From: Candidatus Latescibacterota bacterium
GTDB lineage: Bacteria > Latescibacterota > UBA2968 > UBA8231
Direction of reading: 5' to 3'
DNA length: 64,000 bases
Assembly (NCBI GenBank): GCA_965217585.1
Contig: OZ244561.1
Location: 1,184,001-1,248,000 of the forward strand
In this document: in pieces, positions 57,508-64,000 of the stretch
Position numbering within the stretch: the first letter of the stretch is position 1
Layout: the number at the start of each line of letters is the position of its first letter
Notes under the pieces: model-generated
What the model saw: only the letters and a program-made list of their open reading frames with translations
What the model was told of the DNA's origin: nothing
Databases searched by the model: none
Translations under genes and position numbers: made by a program

Positions 57508-59157
57508 ATGACCGTCTCCACAAATGAACTCCAAACTTGGATGAACGCCAAGGAAGACGAGCATCTAGAGTTCAAAGAAGCAAAGGCTAATTTTCACTTC
57601 GAGACCTTGGTGAAGTACTGCGTCGCCCTCGCCAATGAAGGCGGCGGAAGGATGATCCTCGGCGTAACGGATAAACTGCCGCGCACGGTGGTGGGTAGCC
57701 GGGCTTTTCCCGATCTCGAACGGACGAAGGCCGGTCTGGTTGAGCGACTGCGGTTGCGCATTGAGGTCGAGGAAATTCAGCATCCAAACGGTCGGATTCT
57801 GGTCTTTCAAATCCCTACTCGTCCGATTGGTGTGCCTATGCAGTATGAAGGCGCGTATTGGATGCGTGGTGGAGAGGCCCTTGTTCCCATGACGCCGGAT
57901 CAACTCCAGCGCATTTTTGCCGAAGCTAGCCCCGATTTCTCGTCTGAGATTTGTACGCCTGCCCGATTAGACGATCTCGATCCGACTGCTGTGGATATTC
58001 TGCGTCAACTTTGGCAGCGGAAGTCACCAGACCAAGACATTTCTACCCGCCCCGTAGAGCAACTCCTAACAGATGCGGAATTGCTCGTCGATGGCGAGGT
58101 GACGTACGCGGTGCTGATCCTGCTGGGCACGCGCAAAGCCCTAGGCAAATATGTCGCCCAAGCAGAGCTTATTTTTGAATACCGTTCCAATGAAGTGCCG
58201 GGACCGGCGGCGGAACGACGTGAATTCAGACAGGGCTTTCTTCCTGTACTCGACGAGATCTGGCGACTTGTCAACCAACGCAACGACCTGCAACACTTTC
58301 AGCAGGGATTCTTTATTTGGGACGTGCCCACGTTCAACGAGCGCGTGGTTCGCGAGGCCGTCTTGAACGCGGTCAGTCACCGCGATTATCGCCACGGAGG
58401 CTCCATCTTCGTGCGCCAGTATCCTCGACGCATCGAGATCGTCAGCCCCGGCGGATTCCCAGCCGGCATCACTCCTGAGAACGTTCTTCGGCAACAAAAT
58501 CCGCGCAATCGCCGTATCGCCGAAGTCCTCGGCAAATGCGGCTTGGTCGAACGGGCCGGGCAGGGGTTTGACCGCATCTTCCGCGAGTGCATTCAGCAGA
58601 GTAAGCCATTGCCCGACTTTTCCCATACGGATGCCCACTCCGTATGGCTCACGCTGCACGGCGATATTCAAGACTCAGAGTTCTTGCGTTTTCTGGAAGA
58701 GATTGGTCGGGAACAAGTGGCCGCATTTGCCCTTGACGATTTGCTGGTGGTCGATCTCGTCCACCGCGAGCAGCCTATTTCCGACTACTTTAAACCAAGA
58801 ATTGGGCATCTGCTGGAACGGGGGATCATCGAGCGCGTCGGACGCGGGCGGGGCGTGCGGCTGCTGTTGTCCCGACAGTTATACCGACACATCGGTCAGG
58901 CAGGGGTCTATACGCGCAAGCGTGGGTTGGACCGCGAGACGAACAAGGAGTTGCTGCTGAAGCACATTCAAGATAACCGGAAAGAAGGGAGCCAGTTGCG
59001 GGAACTGAGGCAGGTGTTGCCAGCCCTCTCGTACGTCCAAGTTCAGAAATTACTTCAAGAGTTGAGGATTAAGGGACAGATCCACAAAGTAGGGAACACT
59101 AGCGCCGCTCGCTGGTATCCAGGGGGACCTCCATCTGGAATTATGCCAAAACAATGA
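57508..59157 (+). CDS. AlbA_2 (Schlafen-like) - HATPase_c_4 - wHTH protein
   Basis: EDEHLEFKEA, ALANEGGG, REAVLNAVSHRDY, SPGG, RNRRIAE, ERAGQG. Confidence 0.9.
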   Translation: MTVSTNELQTWMNAKEDEHLEFKEAKANFHFETLVKYCVALANEGGGRMILGVTDKLPRTVVGSRAFPDLERTKAGLVERLRLRIEVEEIQHPNGRILVFQIPTRPIGVPMQYEGAYWMRGGEALVPMTPDQLQRIFAEASPDFSSEICTPARLDDLDPTAVDILRQLWQRKSPDQDISTRPVEQLLTDAELLVDGEVTYAVLILLGTRKALGKYVAQAELIFEYRSNEVPGPAAERREFRQGFLPVLDEIWRLVNQRNDLQHFQQGFFIWDVPTFNERVVREAVLNAVSHRDYRHGGSIFVRQYPRRIEIVSPGGFPAGITPENVLRQQNPRNRRIAEVLGKCGLVERAGQGFDRIFRECIQQSKPLPDFSHTDAHSVWLTLHGDIQDSEFLRFLEEIGREQVAAFALDDLLVVDLVHREQPISDYFKPRIGHLLERGIIERVGRGRGVRLLLSRQLYRHIGQAGVYTRKRGLDRETNKELLLKHIQDNRKEGSQLRELRQVLPALSYVQVQKLLQELRIKGQIHKVGNTSAARWYPGGPPSGIMPKQ

Positions 59158-59312
59158 ATAATCGGCCAAAAAGCATAATTTTGGCATAAGTTAGACGCAA
59201 TTGATTTTATAAGTATTTGTTTCTTATATCTTTATGTTTAGACATTTATGCTAACATTTATTGCTTATACTACAATAAGTCACAATTTTTTAAGATATGT
59301 GAGGATATGAAC

Positions 59313-59558
59313 ATGAAGAACATTACCGTATCTGTAGATGAAGAAACCCATCGGCTCGCCCGCATTCGGGCGGCGGGGTTGGGCACATCCGTGTCGGCAC
59401 TGGTCCGGGGCTACCTCAAAACCCTCGTCCGCAAGCGAGCCGTCCAAACGGCGGCGTCTCGTCGGTTGGGTTTTATGGCCGGCCAGATCAAAGTCCCCGA
59501 CGACTTCGACAGCATGGGCGGACCGGAGATAGAAGAAATGTTCGGGAGAGACGCATGA
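59313..59558 (+). CDS. Orphan, apparently chimeric antitoxin
   Basis: RHH-type MKNITVSVDEETHRLARIRAA..GTSVSALVR joined to a Phd/DUF2281-type tail RRLGFMAGQIKVPDDFD. Confidence 0.7.
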   Translation: MKNITVSVDEETHRLARIRAAGLGTSVSALVRGYLKTLVRKRAVQTAASRRLGFMAGQIKVPDDFDSMGGPEIEEMFGRDA

Positions 59559-59583
59559 CTTTATTACGGAAGAGGTGTAGAGT

Positions 59584-60138
59584 ATGAGGTTCATAGTATT
59601 AATCGTTACTGTAATCGGGATCGCAACCCCGGCCAACGGTGAAGATGAAGCGATGGCTATTCTCAAGGCACTGGGGCGTGCGGATTCCCTGCTAGCGCAA
59701 GGCCAGTCTGATCAGGCGTTAGATGAATACGTAGGGGTGAGGAGGGCGTTTGCCAGATATATGGAGCCGCGGATAGAAGCGAGGATCTACAATAGAATAG
59801 CCGTAATATCTCTTTACGGTGGTTATCGTAAGGCGGCTGAATCCCTGCAAAAATCGCTCGCTGAAGACCCTACGCAGGAACCGTTATTCACGATCTTGGA
59901 GAGGGTGATGCTGGAGAATATCGAACTCTACGACAGGATTGCCATCATCCTCGACGAAGTTGGGCTTTCTGCCGAAGCGCACGAGTATCGCGAGCAGGTT
60001 AAAGATCGTCGCTATTTTGCCGAGGTACTAACGGCCGCACTCGAACCTCTGAGAAAAAAATCGCTTAAGGAGACTATGGAGATGCTTCCAAAGACCCGGG
60101 AGTACTTGGAGAAACGATTAAAATCAGAACAACGATAA
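59584..60138 (+). CDS. Secreted helical/TPR-like hypothetical protein
   Basis: GAGG RBS; signal peptide ending ANG; helical composition. Confidence 0.65.
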   Translation: MRFIVLIVTVIGIATPANGEDEAMAILKALGRADSLLAQGQSDQALDEYVGVRRAFARYMEPRIEARIYNRIAVISLYGGYRKAAESLQKSLAEDPTQEPLFTILERVMLENIELYDRIAIILDEVGLSAEAHEYREQVKDRRYFAEVLTAALEPLRKKSLKETMEMLPKTREYLEKRLKSEQR

Positions 60139-60344
60139 CGCCTATTACACTGAATTCGGTTACGCTGTGTGGCGGCCCCGACTCGAGCCGGTCTAACCTT
60201 AAGCGTTCGTCCAAGGAGAAAATCTCGGTCATGGTTGTCATACTCCCGATAGGTTGTAAGTTTTGCAAGCCGGAAAAATCCCATATCGGCCAGCGCCAGC
60301 GGTTGTAGTCCGCCTTGTGTCGCCCTTAACCAAGAAGGTGTATC

Positions 60345-61166
60345 ATGCTGAAAATGTTCGTCTTATTCGTTGCGATCCTTGCCACTTACAAGCAAGATCT
60401 GGGTGCCTTAGAAGGGGACTGTTCAACGCACTCAATAGCGGGGACATGGTGGGGGACAATAGGAGAAGCCAATGTGCATCAAACATGGGCCAGACTGTCT
60501 ATTGCACATCGGGCGTTCAAGCCAGAGATTGTCGAGAACTGGCGGAATATGTTTCCAACGCCCGCCGACCAACCCGGGTCCGGGCCCTACGGTTGTGTTT
60601 ATGATTTTACTTTCACCGACTTCTATAAAGACAGAGCACCGCTTAAAGAATACGAAGCCAAAGGCGTTATTGTTGTTACAAAGAGCGAAAGGCGGGACGC
60701 GCTGGTCTTCCTAACATTAGAAAGCAAAGCCACGCGCTACTATTTCTACGACAGCGCCATCTTTAAAAAACGGTTGCACGACTACGGCACAACAGATGAA
60801 ACCGAAGAAACGAGAGCGGCAATAGACAGTCTGCGGACTTCAAGGGGATTGTCTAGCTACCATGACGCCAGCACGATCTACTTCGAGGAAATGTTTATTA
60901 AAGAAGGGGGTTACGGAACACCAATAGGATTGCAGTCCCATTTTGAGTCAAACTATACCGACTACAGCTACGAAGCTTTTAAGATCCACGATACCAACAC
61001 CGCCGTGCTGTTGGACAAGGATGAGGTTATCTTTCTCGAAAACGATGGGGATTGGATGGAAGGGAATTCCGCCCCTTGGTTTGCCGAGCATATATGGTAT
61101 CGCGAAACAGACAAAAACAAAGGTTCTTTTATACGCAGGTTGCGCGGGGATAATCCGCCATATTGA
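60345..61166 (+). CDS. Hypothetical (possibly exported) protein
   Basis: AAGG RBS; hydrophobic N-terminus; 273-aa ORF. Confidence 0.65.
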   Translation: MLKMFVLFVAILATYKQDLGALEGDCSTHSIAGTWWGTIGEANVHQTWARLSIAHRAFKPEIVENWRNMFPTPADQPGSGPYGCVYDFTFTDFYKDRAPLKEYEAKGVIVVTKSERRDALVFLTLESKATRYYFYDSAIFKKRLHDYGTTDETEETRAAIDSLRTSRGLSSYHDASTIYFEEMFIKEGGYGTPIGLQSHFESNYTDYSYEAFKIHDTNTAVLLDKDEVIFLENDGDWMEGNSAPWFAEHIWYRETDKNKGSFIRRLRGDNPPY

Positions 61167-61209
61167 AGACTAATTCGTGGGTTGAAGAGATTTTATTACG
61201 GAAGGTTAG

Positions 61210-61411
61210 CTGAATACGAAAAGACGCGAATCGACGACAATCTGAAGGCGCGTAGCTGGGCCAATCAACAGGTCGAAAGTCGCTTGGGCTGTGCCATCCT
61301 CAATCGAATGATCCATGGAGGCAAACCTGAGTCGTGTAGAATAAAAAAAGCAACTGACCAAAAAACAACATTCCACAAGGCTATCCCCGATAAGATTCAT
61401 GCAACAACGCC
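61210..61411 (+). mobile_element. IS5 family (IS903 group) right-end relic
   Basis: LKARSWANQQVESRLGCAILNRM..GKPES transposase tail and terminal ATTCATGCAACAACGCC. Confidence 0.8.
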
Positions 61412-61660
61412 GACAGGAACTGTAATAGTCGATTACCATCAGGAGATATATCTATATGGGTGAGAAAGAGTTCACAGGTTCTCTTACAGATTATATTATT
61501 GATTACCGAAAAGGGCTGACTAGTCAATTAATAAGTATAATCGATGAGAGAATTGATGAATTATGGCCTCTAATAAAGAATAGTCATATCGACGATGAGA
61601 GAATTTTTGAGATCATAGAGCACATTGTAGGACTTGGTTTTGTTGTGCTTCAACAATATA

Positions 61661-62797
61661 TAGCAGTCCTAAATGACTTGAGAGGTTTTGGTTTTTTCTT
61701 ATCTTGCTTCTATGTTTTCTCATGCTTGTTCTTTTTTAGGAGTGTTTTCTATGGTTTCGGATTCGTCTTTATCGGCGTTTATCGCGAGCAATCCCGACGC
61801 CCGCGAACTGAAACGGGCGTTAGCGGTTCAGATGACGCTTTTGGGGCTTAAACAAGGTGCGATTCAAGCGATTCTCGGTGTGCAGTCGAGCTTCATCAGT
61901 ACGTGGAAGCAGCGCTATCTGGCCGAAGGGGTCGCTTGTTTTCGCTTAGGCTATAAAGGCTCACAGCCGTATTTGTCGGCGGATCAGCGCGCCCAAATCA
62001 ACGCTTGGTTAGCGACCCAGTCGCACCCTTCGGTCGCCTCATTAGCCTCCTATATCCAAACGCAGTTTGGGGTCGTGTTTCGCTCATCGCAAAGCTATTA
62101 CGATCTGCTTGCTCAGGCGGGCTATAGCTGGAAAAAGGCCCAAGCTCGGCACCCCAAGACCGATCCCCAACAGGGGCTTTCTAAACGCGAAGCGATTAAA
62201 AAAAACTAACCGAGCATAAGGCCGAACTCCAAGCGGGTCAAGTCAGTGCCTTTTTCATCGATGAATCGCATCTACACTGGGGCGATGCCTGCGGCTATGG
62301 CTGGGGGCGTCGAGACCAACGGCTGGAGGTGGCCATTGAAAATGGACGGCAACGACAAACCTATTATGGGGCGTTGGATATAGTCAAGGGCACCTTTCTC
62401 ATGCAACCATATCCCAAGGCCAATGCACACTATACGGTCGATTTTATACGCTACCTACAACAACAGCGTCCCGGACAAAAGTTATTGATCTTTTGGGATG
62501 GGGTGTCCTATCATCACCAACAGGCCATGCGCGATTTTCTACAAACGATGCAGGCCGATCTACCGCCTGATGAATGGAAGATATGCTGTACGCGATTAGC
62601 GCCCTATACACCGCAAGAAAACCCGGTCGAAGACATCTGGTTAAAAGGCAAGACTTTTGTCCGTACCCATGCGGTATGGACCACCTGTTTTGAACAGATT
62701 AAAGACCTATTTGTCAAGGGCATTCGACAGAAAAAATACTTCCAATTCCCTAAGTTAAGCCAATATAATTTGGCACTTAAATGATTTAGGACGGCTA
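61661..62797 (+). mobile_element. IS630 family element
   Basis: TIRs TAGCAGTCCTAAAT / ATTTAGGACGGCTA with TA duplication. Confidence 0.93.
61751..62784 (+). CDS. IS630 transposase in two frames joined at an A8 slippery tract (62198-62205)
   Basis: HTH half 61751-62209; DDE half FIDES, IFWDG, PYTPQENPVE. Confidence 0.88.
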
Positions 62798-63133
62798 TAT
62801 GACAGTCGTGTACGGGAATTTACAAAAAGAGAAAAAAGATGTGCTGCCGAAGGGGCCGAAACACGAAAGTGGTAATACTTTCGTGAAAATAGTTGATGCC
62901 TCAGCCAATTACTGGAAGCATAATAGTGAATGGCCATTAGATAAATCTTGTAATCGTAAAGAAAAGATCGAGGCTATTTTTAAGATGGTTTCTATTAATG
63001 ATCATCCTATTTCTGTCAATGATGATTATCCATTGGGTAATATATTATTTGATTTGTCGCATACTGAGAAAGAACAGTTTAATGCCGTTTTCAAAAAAAT
63101 ACTAGAATGGCGGAATGAACTAAATCGATAATC

Positions 63134-63320
63134 TAACTACTTGAAAACGACAGATTTCAGTCCTACTATTTTCATAACTGACTGCCCAACAACGAGTTAT
63201 ACAGATTAAATTTTGGAAATGGAAAATCCCGATTTTCAATCAGTATTCTTCTAGTTTCCCTATGAGAAGCGTTACTAGAAAATCTCGATTTGGGGTAAAC
63301 CCGTCGTTTTCAAGTAATTA
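63134..63320. mobile_element. MITE, family B
   Basis: 24-bp imperfect TIRs TAACTACTTGAAAACGACAGATTT / AAACCCGTCGTTTTCAAGTAATTA (21/24); a solo copy lies at 25753-25776. Confidence 0.72.
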
Positions 63321-63335
63321 CTCCGTAAAATGGGA

Positions 63336-64000
63336 GAGATATTGTCAAATGTTGTGGATCAGGGCCGAGCGTATCCTAGTGCATTAGGCGGCTTTTTTGA
63401 TGATCCCATCGCTAAATTCCACGCCTTCGACGACTTTTTTCAGCCACTTATAGCCGTGTAAGCGCTGCCATTTTTTTTCGGCTTCGGTCACCAGTTTGTA
63501 GACCATCATCAGGGTGGCTTTGCGTGAGCCACAGCCCTTGGTCTGGCGGGTGCGGTGGCGCACCGTGCTAAAGGTTGATTCGATCGGATTGGTGGTGCGC
63601 AGGTGACGCCAGTGGTGGGCTGGAAACTGATAGAAGGTAAACAGGGCGTCTTTATCTTTTTGTAGGCCGTCGCAGGCTTTGGGGTATTTGGCCTCATACA
63701 AGGCGATAAACCGATCATACTGATCCAGCGCCTCGGCGCGGGTATCGGCCCCATAGATCTGGTGGATCAGTTCCTTCGCCTTGGGCTGTTGACTTTTGGG
63801 CAGGGTATCCAGCACATTCGCCGTTTTATGAACCCAACAGCGCTGCGCTTGGGTAGCCGGATATTCCTCCCGCAACGCTGCCCAAAAACCCAACCCGCCA
63901 TCGCCGATGGCCACCGCCGGGGCCTGGGTTAGCCCCCGGGCTTTGAGGTCTTGGAGGAGCGCCTGCCACGACAGTTTGCTCTCGCGCTGGCCGTCCTCGA
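63336..64000 (-). mobile_element. IS256 family element (partial)
   Basis: Terminal GAGATATTGTCAAATGTTGTGGAT beyond the transposase stop codon. Confidence 0.85.
63384..64000 (-). CDS. IS256 transposase, C-terminal part
   Basis: IGDGGLG, QRCWVHK, LRTTNPIESTF; frame open to the window end. Confidence 0.93.
   Translation of the reverse strand, partial: EDGQRESKLSWQALLQDLKARGLTQAPAVAIGDGGLGFWAALREEYPATQAQRCWVHKTANVLDTLPKSQQPKAKELIHQIYGADTRAEALDQYDRFIALYEAKYPKACDGLQKDKDALFTFYQFPAHHWRHLRTTNPIESTFSTVRHRTRQTKGCGSRKATLMMVYKLVTEAEKKWQRLHGYKWLKKVVEGVEFSDGIIKKAA

Larger units (their letters stand above)
61456..63131 (+). pseudogene. Hypothetical protein (ANYWKH motif) interrupted by IS630
   Basis: Removing the IS and one TA restores CAA CAA TAT ATG ACA (GLGFVVLQQY-MTVVY...ANYWKHNSEW). 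Confidence 0.85.

Noticed and set aside
61383-61393. ATCCCCGATAA resembling the recombinase arm
   Set aside because: Lies in the subterminal part of the IS903 relic; likely coincidental.
1-64000. tRNA or rRNA genes
   Set aside because: No cloverleaf/T-loop or rRNA-like sequence noticed by eye; tRNAscan/Infernal were not run.

Overview
GC-rich bacterial chromosome segment. The gene content (FlgD/NYPNPFN-tailed secreted proteins, CRTAC1/ASPIC-UnbV, DUF5916, phytanoyl-CoA dioxygenase, secreted ankyrin protein) suggests a Latescibacterota/Gemmatimonadota-like organism, possibly a sponge symbiont (inference only). Ordinary metabolic and envelope genes alternate with three accessory regions. (1) A type I restriction-modification locus (about 8.5-25.5 kb) carrying toxin-antitoxin modules, a split or half-size HsdS, and an AT-richer two-gene HNH-TPR-PIN plus partner candidate defence system. 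(2) A roughly 7 kb island (42.7-49.7 kb) with a Cre-like tyrosine recombinase and five co-oriented 28-bp 11-6-11 sites (conserved arm TTATCGG(T/G)AGT-A). These sites sit between single cargo genes: an 11-repeat secreted ankyrin protein, a lipoprotein, a UDG-like protein, with a PD-(D/E)XK-like gene just outside the first site. This is the best candidate for an undescribed, integron-like but attC-independent cassette system. (3) A decaying RM/TA/IS patch at 57-64 kb with an IS903 relic, IS630 and IS256. Many genes show internal deletions, and two MITE families plus several REP-like palindromes are visible. All family assignments come from motif recognition by eye; no database searches were run.
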